From NCBI RefSeq assembly GCF_009914755.1, contig NC_060927.1: a DNA stretch of 64,000 nucleotides; one strand, 5' to 3'. The translations under genes were made by a program, and so were the position numbers. Positions within the stretch are counted from its first letter, which is position 1, and every line of letters begins with the position of its first letter. This DNA comes from the human T2T-CHM13v2.0 reference genome, Homo sapiens. Below are positions 37,490 to 52,486 of this stretch, one piece after another. Under the pieces are notes generated by a model. That model saw nothing but the letters and a program-made list of their open reading frames with translations, was not told where the DNA came from and searched no databases.

Positions 37490-39140
37490 TCATTTTTAAA
37501 GTGAATTTGTATTATTTAAGCCATATTTATTAAAAAATGAGGTACAAAGTACAAAGAATACTAATAAACTTCTACATGTAAACTACTTGGTTTACGAGAA
37601 AGATCGGTCTCATGGCTTTTAACATCTTTCTTCTCATCCTCCTCCTCTTATGTCTTCATTTTCCCCTTCATGGGTAACATCTATTTTAAATTTTGGATGT
37701 ATTTTTTATTTGCTTTAGAAAAATGTTATTATTCATTTTAAGTTTTTAAACAACTAATCATTTATTTCCCATGCTTTAATATTTATTAAAACAAAATAAA
37801 TTGTATATATTTACCTGAAATTTGCTTTTTTAGCTCCACTTAAGGTTCTTAAACTTTAGGTTCTCTCCTCAATGTTATTACAAGTAGCTGAGGTCTTCAT
37901 CTATATTGCTATAGAGTATTATATCGTATGGTTGTAACACAATTTATTTGTTTATTCTACTGCTGATGGACATTTAAGATTTTTCTTGGATTTTTTTGCT
38001 ATTGCAAAAAGTACTCTGATATGGTTTGGATTTGTGCCTCTGCCCAAATCTTATGTCAAATTGGAATCCCCAGGGTTGGAGGTGGGACCTGGTGGGAGAT
38101 GACTGGATAATGGGAGAGGATTTCCCCCTTTGTGCTGTTCTCATGATAGTGAATGAGCTCTCACGAGATCTGGTTGTTTAAAAATGTGTAGCACCTTCCC
38201 CCCTCCTTGTTCCTGCCCCAGCCATATAAAACGTGTTTGCCTCTCGTTTCTTCACCTTCCACCATGATTGTGTTTCCTGAGGCCCCCCAAAAAGCTGAGC
38301 AGATGCCAGCATCATGCTTTCTGTACAGCGTGTGGAACTGTGAGCCAATGAAACCTCTTTATAAATTACCCATACTGAGATATTTCTTTTTATAACAGTG
38401 TAAGAATGGGCTGATACATACTTCTATGAAAATACGTATGTCTTGGAATACATATACATGAGGTTCTTCCAGATAAAGATTGAAGATTAGAATTTCTAGT
38501 CCTTGTGCCTATATGTTATTAACTTTTAAAGGTAATATCAGTAATTTTCCAAAGTGTTTGTACTTATTTGGAGTCCCTCCTGTGAGCAATATATGAAAGA
38601 TCTGTCATTTCACATCACCACTATTTGATATTTGAAGGCTATGAATTTTTATAACAATGTGGTTACATGTAAAATGGTGCCACATTATGATTTTAATTTG
38701 TATTTTCATATTGCTATTACATTTGAGTGTAATTTTTAGTTTTTTGATAAAAATTCAAATTTCCCCTTCTGTTAACTGCAGTTTGAGTCTTTGTGTTTTA
38801 TAATTTTTTCTTTCCTTTAGTAGTTGTGAAGCTTTTGTTATACATGCTGAATAATATTCACTTGTCATTTTTATGCACTGAAAATAATTTCTCACAATTT
38901 GAGATTCTTGTTTTTGTTTTTTATGGTCCTTGATAAACAATAACTTTTAATTTATATACTCATATAGTAGAGGTTTTCTTTTTTGTTTGTTTTGTGTCAA
39001 TGTTTTTTTTTTTTTTTTTGCTGTCTTTAAATTATAAATATATCCCCATGAAATGACTTCTAAAAGTTGTATACTTTCATTTTTTAGATTTTTCTTTATC
39101 CCAAACTGGAATTGACTTAGTGTATAATGTTGGGTGTACA
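37490..39140 (-). mobile_element. L1ME-like fragment split by MSTB
   Basis: CACAATTTATTTGTTTATTCTACTGCTGATGGACATTTA..., TTTTCCAAAGTG, GATTTTAATTTGTATTTTC. Confidence 0.65.
38017..38418 (+). mobile_element. MSTB/MSTA solo LTR
   Basis: TGATATGGTTTGGATTTGTG...GGCTGATACA; TSD TACTC/TACTT. Confidence 0.9.
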
Positions 39141-39380
39141 ATTCCTTTTAGTTGTGTTTTCTTCCTCATCCTTTCAATTCCAAATTGATCAAATAATTTA
39201 GTAATAATTAGGTTGGTTTTGGTATAATCTCATCTGGGAGAGGCAGGCCAAAGTTTAAGGAGTCTGACTACTGGATTTAACAGATTTATTTCCTTTAGAC
39301 CCAGACTTCTGATAGCTGAATGCTATTTTTTTCTCTTTTGTTTTTCATGCTCTCTAGCCTTTTATGAATTAATTAATTAA

Positions 39381-39679
<299 letters not shown>

Positions 39680-39964
39680 TTAATTTGGTAATTTTTCACT
39701 TGATTTGTTTGCTATTATTTGATAAATTATATCCACCATTTTGGTTTCAGTGATTACCCTACAGATTTTAATATACATATTTATCAAAATCTCTGCTAAC
39801 ATTATCTCTACCTTATTCCTGACATTAGCAGGATTAAGAACCTGTAAATCCCAATCACTCTCTCTTAATGTATATGCTATTGTTAACTATTTAGTTCAAT
39901 ATTTTAGACACCAGAATTCATTATCATTATTTTTACTAGTAATAGTGCTTTTTCTAGTCATAGT

Positions 39965-39965
<1 letters not shown>

Positions 39966-40005
<40 letters not shown>
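39966..40005. repeat. Pure T40 homopolymer
   Basis: Direct reading. Confidence 0.95.
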
Positions 40006-40007
<2 letters not shown>

Positions 40008-40836
40008 ACAGATTTTAACTAATTCCTTAGGTTTTTATTTCTTCTGGCATGTCAGACCATATAATCTGGGATTATTTTTATTCCGCTTAATGTTTAATTT
40101 TAGGAGTGTATGTGTCTGTAATCTTCATGGGTCTTATGCTCATTTTTTTTTTTGATTCTTCAGTGTCATTCTTCTTTGCTTTGTTTCCCCTGTCAATTCC
40201 AAAGAAATACATTGTATCTGTAAAGATGAAATAAGAATTATAAGTGTCCCTCTCCCCCTATTTAAATGAATATGTCTGGATTCTTATCATTGACTGGAAG
40301 GCAGAAAACAATTTTAAAAAAGGTAGCATTCTTTACTATATGTATAACCAAATATTACAATTGTGTGTATGTACATACATGTACATATATATGTACATTT
40401 TTGTATACAGACATTAGTCATCTTCCAAAATTCCATAAAAGGGCCATACGCTATGGTTGCATATTTGTTTAAAAGGTTGTAAGCTTCCTGAAAGCAGTGA
40501 TAGTAGCACTGAATTTCTCTTATTATCTTACCTGATGCTAAACCGAAAGCAGATGTTCCATAAATGACTTAGGCGAAGAACATGGTTCATTTGTGCCGGA
40601 GCCTAAAAGAGAAATAGTGTTTTGTGAAAAGATGATAGCTGAATGCTGTCAATAATTTTGCTTCTCCTGGGAAAAGAATACCAGAATGATTGTTCAAGGT
40701 GAAGAAATTGCTTACCACACTGAAAAATATGAGAGGTTTTGCACACACAGGAAGGTGTCCTCATGCCTGAATTATTACTGGGGGAAAAGAATTGAACATG
40801 GTTGAGGACAACCATTTCCAGAATTGTGTTCCTCAC

Positions 40837-40958
40837 CTGAAAGTTTCTAGACAGGAAGTGAGCACTGACAGACAGACTGAAGTATTTCATATTTTCTTAG
40901 GTGGCATTTTTGTTAAAGGATTTAAATATTCTTTGGAAGTCTATATACACTTGTAGAG
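40837..40958 (-). other. Candidate minus-strand non-coding exon (122 nt)
   Basis: Acceptor TTTTTTTCTTTTCTACAG| (MIR edge) and donor CAG|GTGAGG; stops in all three frames. Confidence 0.3.
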
Positions 40959-40960
40959 CT

Positions 40961-41166
40961 GTAGAAAAGAAAAAAATAATGACTCTGGAACAAAACTGCC
41001 TGGAGTCACATCCCAGCAAAACTCTAGCTAGCCATGTAACTATGAGCAACCGTTTATCCTATGAAGCCACTATTTCCTCATTTGTACAACAGGAATACTC
41101 ATGAAACCTACCTAACATAATTATTGACAGTATAAATGAGTTAATATAGATAAAATGTTTAGACCA
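40961..41166 (+). mobile_element. MIR SINE
   Basis: GACTCTGGAAC...CTGCCTGG...TTTCCTCATTTGTA...AATGAGTTAATATA. Confidence 0.75.
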
Positions 41167-41230
41167 GATCAGATTGGTACAATGTTAACATAATCTTATC
41201 TGCTTTCCCACCTGGACACCAAGGAATTGA

Positions 41231-41536
<306 letters not shown>

Positions 41537-41963
41537 GAATGTTCCATATTTCTAAAGGATATGACATAATAATAGTAGTAACAATAGTAATAATGATAAT
41601 AGAGAAAATGTATTAACGTCTTATTATAGATGTCAGTCAGTGTGATTTTATGTTACTTATGTCATTTGCCCCATCATGCTGGGGCTAGTAATATCATTAT
41701 GTTCACTTTACAGATGAAGAAAGCACTGATTAAAGAGGTTTATTAGTTTGTTCAAAACCAAGTAACTTGTAATATTTCAGTCAAATTGCAGTATTCCTTA
41801 GTAACCAATTTGTTATGTTACCTTAAAACTGTCAGGAATTTGATTAAAAATGCATTAAATAAATAAGGAAACAATGCATTTTCAATTAAACATCATTTAT
41901 CTTCATAATAAACTTACTTTATAGATATGTTCAGTGATGGTAATGACTTCACATTCATTTTAG

Positions 41964-42024
41964 CATTGGGAAATGTGTTTCTTCAGTATCTTTACAGGTG
42001 CTACAGAGCGATGGTCTCCATAAG
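41964..42024 (+). other. Candidate exon with tandem acceptors (starts 41964, 41987 or 41998; 27 nt from the last)
   Basis: TTTTAG|, TTCTTCAG| and TCTTTACAG|G acceptors; donor AAG|GTAAAT; Kozak-like GCGATGG at ATG 42011. Confidence 0.4.
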
Positions 42025-45000
42025 GTAAATAAAATGTGGTACCCTGGTATCTGTTTCTTTAATTGAGCTTTTAAAATATATATCATTTGAATGAAATTAT
42101 AATGATTTCATTAACCTCTTTTGCCCTTTCTCAAACATAATGACTATAAATGTGATAGGAAATTAAAACTGCCCATTGCTGGAGGAAAGCAATCAAGCCA
42201 GATTGACCAATATGCTTACACGCTTGTCTGGAAACTTTTCTCCCTTAAATAGGGAAGCTGAAAGAGGAGGATCATTATAAATATCTATTTGTGTATCTAT
42301 AAAGAAATTAAATCATGCAAACTCAGCCTCAGAATTTCAATGAATCAATTTTACAGACAGAAATCTTAAAATTTTTATTTCTTAGGGATTTCCACTTTAA
42401 CAGAAATGATAAAACATCCTGGCTTATTTTATTCAGAAGGTGATGCATATAGATTCCATAATTTTCAGTGGTCACCTTAAAATGAGTTTCCAATACCAAA
42501 TATTTTAGTATGGAATGACTTTTAAATCTAGGGGGAAAGAAGTCTATTAAGTACTCACAGGTGTGTAGGTCCATTTGCTGGATGCAGTACAAGCCAGCTG
42601 CTATCTAAGCTATGAGGCCTTGCACATTTAGTAACTTTGTCACCTTTAAAAATGAGTAAGTGTTAATAGATATGTTGGCATGTATTATAGGTATCACAGA
42701 CAAAAAAGAAGCAATTAAATAATGTGATATGGCAAAGAAAAAAAAAAACAACTAAAAAATTAGGGCCCAGAGACACACTGCTTCCAAGTTTATAAACAAA
42801 ACAATCTCATTCTTTCCATCTCCATCTCCCTGTCTCTTTCTGTTGCTTTCTCTCTCTCTCTAGCACACAGACAGATACACATGCACATACACATAGAGAG
42901 GATCATAACCAATGGTTCTGAAATGATTACAAAGAACCCAAACTTAGTTTGATGCTGGTGCAGAAACTACCATCCTGTGAATCTATTTATAGGTTTAGCC
43001 TTTAGGGAAGGATAAGGATCACAGTGAAGGAAACATCATAAAATGAAAAATTTTCTTTCCAAAAGGACATTGAAAATTTTACCTTCCCTGCATTGCATGT
43101 GTCTACTTACAATGCCAAAAGCCCCCCCTCTCAAATAATTATTCATCTTTGTCATTCCCCTCCAGCATCATTCCTTCATTTTTAACCCGTTTTAGAAAGA
43201 TACTCACTTTAAGAAATTATTTCTCAAAACAACTACAGCTACTGGCAAAGAAAGTGGTTAGAAAATGGAAGTGTGTTTGTGTGTGTGTGCGTGTTTTCCT
43301 TCCCCTATGTCCAATATATTTCCTCAGGTCTCTACTTTGGGACCGAGAAAGAGGAACTCTGATAATCCAATGTAATCCACCTTCCAAAGAATTGTAAACC
43401 CAGACCAAATTACAATTTCTCTTTTTTAAGACTAAATTATTTTATGTCTCTTAGGGGGAAAAAAGCAACAGGCACACATTTATTTGCATTAATATGTGAT
43501 TGATTAATATCCCCACACCATTTCTGTTCATTTATACTGGAAAATAAGGTACATGTTGGCCACAGTAGATTTTCTCTTGGTAAAATTCCGAGCACTGCTC
43601 CATGTTATAAATAACAATACACAAGTAGATGCAGAACTTGTTTTCTTGCCCTAGTTACCTCCAAGTTCAAGGAGTTCTGCTAGGAAACCTGTTTTCAGTA
43701 TTGCTGCCTTCAGGACCACTTCTCTGCAAGTGCTTATTCCTCATCTAATTCCTTTTTCTACAGAAGGCTTTCTAGCAACTACAAACTCTCAGTTTCTGAC
43801 CTCTGCCGGTGATCTTCCAAACTTGTCACCTCCTCAGACTTTTCCACCAGCCTTTCTCCTAGGTCATCTCTACCTGCAGGATCTTGCACTCTCATCCTCA
43901 ACCCCAGCGTTTTCTTCCCAGAAATACCTTCTGTTCAATCCCCAGGACAACTGCAGAAAAGTCTAGTGGCCAGGAGTCACCAAAAGACCAGAGCCCAGTA
44001 CCCGGAACATAGCAGCTAATATGCCGAGAGAGAGAGAAAAGTGCCAGTGAGAATATGATTGAAAAGTATGCACACGCATTCTCCTTGAATTTTGGTCTTT
44101 GTTTTGTTCTTGTATAAATCAATGTAATAGTGCCCATTGTTCACAAGTGTATGAAGAAATGGACACTCATTTATAACAGCTAAGCAGGAAAAAAATGTTT
44201 CAAACTTTTTTCTCAAGCACAATTTAGCATTAGAAATAGAAATACATACTAGAAACCCCCTAACTGTGCAAAATACTAATCTAGACTTCCAGAAATTAAT
44301 TTGAAGAAATATTTGCAGATATGTTCATATTCACCTCAAGTATACTTAGTGCAGCATTTTCAAAATAATGATATATTGTCAGTGATGTAAATACCCAACA
44401 AAGAAAAAAATGATCAGATTACTTATGCATATGCCAGACAACACACACATATCCTTTGAAAAAAATATGCAGCCACTAAAATGGCATTATAGAGGATGAT
44501 TGAATGACCAGGAAATTGTTCATGATCTATAAATTGGCAAAGGCTCTTAAATTATAATATACCAATATTTGTGTGTGTGTGTGTTTGTGTGTAGAAAACT
44601 GCAATAAGGTTCACAAAAACATTAACACAATTTGTCTCTGAGGTATTGGAAATTTGATTCTTTTTTGGGTTTTTCTTTATTTCATCTAAACCTATAAATG
44701 TGATGGATAATTTTTATAAGTAGATATAATATTACTAAATATATAAATTATTTGTTGAATGAATTCATGAATTAATAAAAGAGTGATGAAATAACTAAAT
44801 GAAAAATAAATGCATAGGTTTTAAACCCTCTGATCTGTGTATGATAGCCCCTTCCTTTTATTCACTTCTAAAAACACAGATGATCTCATTGTTCCACATT
44901 TCTTGTGATGTTTGCCATAACGTCAGCAATGGTGTGATATAGAAAATAGATGCCTACTATAAGTTGGACCTGCTATAAAATATCTCATTGTCATCTCATA

Positions 45001-45134
45001 AAAATATTTTGAACATTATATGTATATTATACTTCTATAAACAGGTTAAAAATTATCTACTGCTGTAAATTTCATACCCTCCAGTTTCATCATTTTTCTT
45101 ATTACTGACCTATCTATCTATCTATCTATCATCT

Positions 45135-45269
45135 GTTTGTTTGTTCATTTATTAGAGACAGGGTCTCACTATGTTGCCCAGGCTTGCCTAGAACTCCTGT
45201 GCTCAAATGATCCTCCTGTCCCAGCCTTCCAAGTAGCTGGCATTACAGACTCACACCACTGTGTCCAGC
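45135..45269 (-). mobile_element. FLAM monomer with (CTAT)n tail
   Basis: AGAGACAGGGTCTCACTATGTTGCCCAGGCT...; approximate TSD CTGAC(C/T)TAT. Confidence 0.85.
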
Positions 45270-45462
45270 TGACTTATTTTCTTTTTACAATGTAAGTTAC
45301 TTCTCTTATTAATCCTCCTCCTACAAGATCTGTATTCTAATTCAGTGCCTCCCAATACAGTGGTAAAGAACAAGTTTGTTTTATTTATAGATTTATATTC
45401 AATTGCAGATCAATAATTCCATAAAATATAATAAGAATTAATCATTAGAAAAAGGAGTATTA

Positions 45463-45768
<306 letters not shown>

Positions 45769-46024
45769 AGAAAAAGGAATATTAAAAAAGACATACCAAA
45801 TACAAACCCAAACTTTTTCTATTGCATTTAAAACCACAAAATTCATCCCCGTAAATATCATATGAAACATTAGGAAAAAGAAAACAATTATAAAGTTTGT
45901 AAACTTTGTTCATTGAAATAATCATTATTATACTCATAATGTGATTCCTATTTTTACTAAACCAAGAGTTACAAGTCTGCATATTGTTCACATTTTGAAC
46001 AAGCACCTATAGATTCATATATAA

Positions 46025-47142
46025 TTTCTTTTTTTCTTCAACTTCTATTTTAGGTTCAGGGGTACAATTGCAGAATGTGCAGGTTTTGTTACATAGGTAA
46101 ACGTGTGCCTTGGTGGTTTGCTGCACAGATCATCCCATCACCTAGGTATTTAGCCCAGCATCCATTAGCTATTCTTCTTGATGCTCTCCCATCACCCACA
46201 TGCCCAACAGTCCGGTGTGTGTTGTTCGCCCCCATATGTCCATAATGTTCTCATGTTTCAGTTTCCACTTATAAGTGAGAACATGTGGTGTTTGGTTTTC
46301 CATTCCTGTGTTATTTTGCTGAGGATAATGGCTTCCAGCTCCAACCATGTCCCTGCAAAGGACATGATCTAGTTCCTTTTTATCACTGCATAGTATTCCA
46401 TGGTGTATATGTACCACATTTTCTTTATCTAGTCTATCATTGATGGGCATTTGGGTTGATTCCATGTCTTTGCTATTGTGAATAGAGCTGCATGTGCATT
46501 TATGTGTATAATAGAACAGTTTCTATTCCTTTGGGTATATACCCAGTTATGGGATTGCTGGGTCAAATGGTATTTCTGCTTCTACATCTTTAAGGAATTG
46601 CCACACTGTCTTCCACAATGGTTGAACGAACTTACACTCCTACCAACAGTGTAAACGCATTCCTTTTTCTCCGCAACCTTGCCAGCATCTGTTGTTTCTG
46701 GACTTTTTAGTAATCGCCTTTCTGACTGGCATGAGACAGTATCACATTGTGGTTTTGATTTGCATTTCTCTAATGATCAGTGATGTTGACCTTTTTTCAT
46801 GTGTTCGTTGGTCACATGCATATCTTCTTTTGAGAAGTGTCTCTTCATGTCCTTTGCCCACTTTTTAATGGGGTTGTTTGGTTTTTTTTTCTTGTAAATT
46901 TGTTTAAGTTCCTTGTAGACTCTGGATATTAGACCTTTGTCAGATGGATAGATTTCAAACATTTCCTCCCATTCCATAGGCCCTCTGTTCACGCTGATGA
47001 TAGCTTTTTTTGCTGTGCAGAAGCTCTTTAGTTTAATTAGATCCCATTTGTCAATTTCTACTTTTGTTGCAATTGCTTTTGGCATTTTCCTCATGAAATC
47101 TTTGCCCATGTCTATGTCCTGAATGGTATTGCCTAGATTTTC
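46025..47142 (-). mobile_element. 5'-truncated L1PA (L1PA12-15-like): 3' UTR plus ORF2 C-terminus
   Basis: ORF 46777-47160 [17 protein letters not shown]...[14 protein letters not shown]; 3' UTR TGCTGCACAGATCATCCCATCACCTAGG. Confidence 0.92.
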
Positions 47143-48170
47143 AAGTTTTAAATGTAACAAATGAGTTTACTTTTTCTCATTTACTTAATCGATCTAAGTT
47201 TGATTGACTGATTTCTAAATACTTACTCTCAATTTCTTATCTAGTTGATGAACCTGTAACAAACAGCAGACAAGCATGGTCCCACTAACCTCACTTTGAG
47301 TAGCATTGTTTTAGCATTTCTGCTTTTTTGTGGATTCTTTGCTCCCACCATGTCACTTTCTTTCTATACCTTTCTCTCTCAATGAAGTGCCCAAGTCATG
47401 TTCTTCTACTATGGTTGCTTGTCCATTTCTTCCCTCCACTGCTGCTACAATTGTCTCTGTCTCATATTTGTAGTATAAATGACATTTATTTACCAAGGCA
47501 CAGAATAAACTGTACTCATGGGCTATTTATGGGGAAGGGAATTAACTGTCTTTCTCTCAAGGACAACAACCCGAAATGTATGTGCTATGTTCAAGAGGGC
47601 ATGGCAAATGTAGGCCCTATGAAAATATGCAGAGTACTGGGTGAGCAGCAGTATTCCTTGTCTGTTGTGTTCCACTGTTTTTGTTCTAAGCACTCTGTCT
47701 GCGTTAAAGAGAACCTCAAACAAGAGTTTGTAGACAGGCACAAGATCCAGCCCTCAAAAAATAAGAAGCCATCCATGCCTAGATAAGTGAGCAGACACCC
47801 AGCTAAGCAGGATCTAGGCTCATCACAGAACTGGAGAGAAAATTACAGCTGGGATTGAGGCCTAAATAAAGACTCATCAATCTAGGAAAGGTTAGAGGAA
47901 AGAGCTGCAGCTTTGTGGGCACACACAACCCCAGAGTATCACTCAGGTGTGATTACTGGGTTAATACACTCCCAGATTTACTTTTCCCTGGGGAATAGGT
48001 AGGCTAAGTCTGCACTAGGCAAAGCTGGTGAGGTGGAGGATTATAGCTATTTTGTTTCTTAGAAATGTTGATACATTTCTTGGAAACTCAGTGTTTTCAT
48101 CTGCAAAATGAAAATTAAACTAACTATCTTTCCAGTCTGAAGGATTAGTGTAAACACCAAGCAACACATG

Positions 48171-48538
48171 TGATATGGTTTGGCCTGTGTCCCCACCCAA
48201 ATCTCGTCTTGTAGCTCCCATAATTCCCATGCATTCTGGGAGGGACCTGGTGGGAGATGATTGAATTATAGGGGTGGGTCTTTCCTGTGCTGTTCTCATG
48301 ATAGTGATTGGGTCTCACGAGATCTGATAGTTTTAAAAACGGTAGTTTCTTTGCACCAGCCCTCTCTTTTTGCCTGCCACCATCCACGTAACACGTGACT
48401 TGCGCCTCCTTGCCTTCTGCTGTGATTGTAAGGCCTACCCAGCCATGTGGAACTGGAAGTCCAATTAAACCTCTTTCTTTTTTAAATTGTCCAGGCTCGG
48501 GTGTGTCTTTATCAGCAGCATGAAAATGGGCTAATTCA
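48171..48538 (+). mobile_element. THE1B-like solo LTR
   Basis: TGATATGGTTTGGCCTGTGTCCCCACCCAAATCTC...GGGCTAATTCA; TSD ACATG/ATATG. Confidence 0.92.
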
Positions 48539-49196
48539 ATATGTGAAAGAAGATGTATGCAGTTCGCTAACATATATATGTATATTTACATGCATGCGTA
48601 TGCATACATGTAAGCATATGCCATTATTATGACTATAATTTGTATAACCTGAGCCATCTGACTCCCAAGCCTTTTATATTCAGTGAATATGTGTTTATTG
48701 GTCTCTTCAGTACCTATTTCTCTTGGGTAGAACTTTATATGTGTTTTAGCCAGAAGTTTGCTTCATTCCAAAAAGACATCTTTACCTTGACCCAGTTCCA
48801 CTACTTCCTTTAGATGTTTAAAAACCTTTTTTAACATCTTCATCCTCAATATCATCAATTTCTATTTTATACATATAGATCGCCTTTGATATTTCTAAGT
48901 GTGATACCTTTCCTAGTTTTCCTTTTTAAGTCTTAGGCTTTATACTCTGCACTGTCATGTACTTCACTATATCCTTTTCATAATTTGCCCTTTTCTTACT
49001 TCAAAAATATTTTATCTTCAGTAAAGCACTCCCACTCCCTCATTCCTTCACATGAGCTGGTAAAATTTGAAGTTTATTTCCCAAAGCAGTGTATTGTTAC
49101 AGTTCACTTTGAAACATGGAAACACAATAGTAAATTGTGTAGTTCTTCCTCAGTCAGGTATATGAGCCCTCTTTTAACTCCTTCCTACTTTTCCAG

Positions 49197-49241
49197 TGGA
49201 ATCTGAAAAATCCAGTGCCAGAAGTGCCACATACCTGTGAG
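49197..49241 (+). other. Candidate 45-nt exon
   Basis: TTAAC branch point, CTCCTTCCTACTTTTCCAG| acceptor, donor GAG|GTGAGC; open only in phase 0 (WNLKNPVPEVPHTCE); may lie in a decayed antisense LINE. Confidence 0.28.
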
Positions 49242-49697
49242 GTGAGCGTATAGAAATAAGGTACAAAAGCTGTCGCTGGAAGCCGTACAGTCAGCCTAGT
49301 GTTATTTTCCAATACCAGCTTTCCCCTTAGTTTCTTCACTTATTTTTCTTTTCCTTTTCCATATTTTATTTTATTTTGCATAATTGTCTCCTTTATAAAG
49401 TGCACTCCAATAATTCTCCTTGAGCTCGTTTCTGAATTCCACATGTCATAGTGCCACTTTTGCATCTGGTGCCCATGTTTATGATTTTGCTGCTTTGATC
49501 TGTTTAATTGTTCTTCTTCAGGTCTCTGGAGAACATTAGTTATATTTATGTACATCCTTGTGCTCTTCCTGTAATTCAAAGAGTGGTGTCATCTGCATGA
49601 AATAAAATTGATTTCACACTCAGTGTTAGCATCCTGTTTTCATTTTTGTGTTTTACTTCCCTGAAAGTTTCTAAGAATCTCCTTATAAAATGTCTTT

Positions 49698-50318
49698 AGC
49701 CAGGCATGGTGGCATGTGCATGTGGTCCCAGGTACTGAGGCTGAGGCAGGAGGATGGCTTGAGCCCAGGAGTTTGAAGGAAGCCTGGGCAACATAGAAAG
49801 AACTTATCTCTAAAAAAGAAAATAAATAAAATAAAATAAATAAGTAAATAAATTATTTCTGTTTATGATGGCTCACACCGGTAATCTCAACAGTTTGGGA
49901 GGCCAAGGTGGGAGGATCACTTAAGGACAGGAGTTGAGAATAGTCAGGGCAACATATTAAGACCCTGTCTCTAAAAATTAATTAATTAAAAAAATTTTAA
50001 ATTAAAAAGTAAAAAATAAAATAAAATAAAAAGTAAGTCAGGGCACAGTGGCTCACACCTGTAATACCAGCATTTTGGGAGGTTGAGATAGGCGGATTAT
50101 TTGAGGTTACAAGTTTGAGACCAGCCTGGCCAATATGGTGAAACCCCGTTTCTTCTAAAAATACAAAAATTAGCCAGGCATGGTGGCTCATGCCTGTAGT
50201 CCCAGCTACTCAGGAGCCTGAGGCAGCAGAATCACTGAACCCAGGAGGCAGAGGTTGCAGTGAGCCAAGATCGCGCCACTGCACTCCAGCCTGGGTGACA
50301 GAGAGAGACTCCATCTCA

Positions 50319-50349
<31 letters not shown>

Positions 50350-50515
50350 ATAAATAAATAAATAAATAAAGCCAGTTATTGTGGCATGCATCTGTAGTCC
50401 CAGCTTCTCGACAGGCTGAGGCATGAGGATTGCTTGAGCCTGGGGGGTCGCACCACTGCCTTCCAGCCTGAGTGACAAAGAAACACCCTATCTCAAAATA
50501 ATAATAATAAAAAAA
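49698..50515 (+). mobile_element. Alu cluster: FLAM (49698-49850) and AluJ (left arm ~49866-49990, right arm 50371-50515) split by AluS (50037-50370)
   Basis: Direct reading; the AluS tail is (ACTA)n(AATA)n. Confidence 0.85.
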
Positions 50516-52388
50516 TAACTTCTTAGAAAGAGTTTTCAGATCATACACACACAGAGAAGCTGGAAAAGCAGTTTTGTCTTATTTATCCAGCACCTCGAAG
50601 TATACAGTCTTCACACACTCTCTCCCACCACTGAGTATGGGCTGCGGATGGTGGTGATGGGAAATGTCTTCACATATTTCAACAATGTTCAGACAGATGG
50701 TCTTGAAGAGAAACTGTTTGTGTTGTTTTTCTGATCAAACATTTGCTTCATTGAAATAAAATTAATGTTCTTCCCACTTTCCTACTTCAGCATGCTGTCT
50801 CTTTAGCCTCCCTAAGCCAACAGATTTTTTCCCTCCTGCCACAACACCTATCACATGTCTTCTATGCTCCGCTTCAACAAATCTTGAAATCAATGTCTAC
50901 TTTCATAGATTTCCAACTTTTAAAACACATCTTTCAATTCTTAAAAAATAACCAACTAGAGATTCCATTGTAATGAGTATTTTCAAATATTGTCATAATT
51001 AATATCTAAGAATGTGCTTAATTTGACTGCAATATGTCATTAAAGCACTTTCTTCTTTGAGTTCCTAACTACTAGAGCTGTGATCGTTTCCAATAAATCA
51101 CTTCCTTATTCTTTTGTTGGCACCCTGCATCAGCTCAGATTCCTTCTCCTTTCTTGTTTCTCAAGTTATTTTATAAATATCACTTTCATTATTCAGACAA
51201 CACAAGTGTTGCCATTGTTTTTCTTCAGTGCCAACTTAACCTGCGCCTTTTTTGCTTTTTATTCTGTCTAATTTCCTTGTGGAACCTCAGGTGTCTGTGG
51301 GAAGTGCTTTTACTTTTGTCTGGCATCCTCTCTTCTCTCATCACTCTGACTATCTTTACAGACCTGTTATTTCTGTATAGATTTCTACTTCCAAGTCTTC
51401 ACCATGGTTTTCTGTCTGTGTACTCCTTTAAACATTTCTGCAGCTATTTTGCTCTTTAAATCTGTTGGCTTGCTTCCTTCCCTGGGGAATTTTCTTTATA
51501 TCATTTTTTAAACATGAACCACCACTTTGTGACATCTGGAAAGGTGAGAAGGGATTCTCTACCCTTGATCATCTTTCTTATATTTTTTAATTTCCTCTTG
51601 TTCTCATAGGGACATTCTTAACCTCCAAAAAGCTCTACCAAATTTTGCAGTTTTGAGAAATTAATTTCAGCTATTACCATAGCAGGTTCAGGAAAGCCAA
51701 CATCTTTCACGTTACATTATACAACCTTTATTTTTCCTTGTATGAAAGTACTATCAGTTCCTCTGACACACTTTTCCTAGGATTTTTTCATAAATATTTA
51801 CAACTATGAGCCTGTATATTTAAATTAGTATCTTTCAATCTGGTAACACAGAAAGGGTTACACATTAGACTTTATTGGCAAGTATTTGCAAATTAGGCAG
51901 ACCTCATATCCTAGCCACTTATAAACTGCATGATTCTGTATCTCATTTTTCTCATGGAGAAATAGAGATAATATTAACTTGGTTTTTGCTAATTGTTGTT
52001 AGCTCTGTAGTTCTATCACATTTCAGACCTATTTATTGCATGTGATATTTTTCACAAGATGCTTAAATCTCTGACTTTTAATTTCCTTATCTGTAAAATA
52101 AAAATAATAATACTTCCCCTTACAGAAGATGTTGTATATTTTAGCAACAATGATTATAAAGCATCTGATATTCAATAAATAATGGTATTGTCAATGTTGA
52201 TGACTATAATTATCATGATTCATCTTTCAATGTTTATTCTGAGAGCTAAAATGATCTCTTAATATTTGTTTTTTTAAAACATGCTGAGAAGCTATTATAT
52301 GCTTAAATATATTTGTATTTGTTTTAAATGAGAGCTGAGGTTACTTTAATTTCCCATGTTTATTTCTCTCTCTATTTCTCCTTTCCAG

Positions 52389-52486
52389 TTACACATTGTA
52401 CAGTTTGAATGCCATATCCGGAATCTCCATAGTATCCACGCCAACAAGCCAGTGCTCAGAGCCCTGAATACAGACATTTACACACG
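52389..52486 (+). other. Candidate exon (strong acceptor; weak donor, or a terminal exon)
   Basis: TATTTCTCTCTCTATTTCTCCTTTCCAG| acceptor, three CpGs, unique sequence, donor ACG|GTAGAT. Confidence 0.4.

Noticed and set aside
47328-47786. 152-aa ORF
   Set aside because: Non-ATG start, no recognisable domain, probably within a decayed LTR-like sequence.
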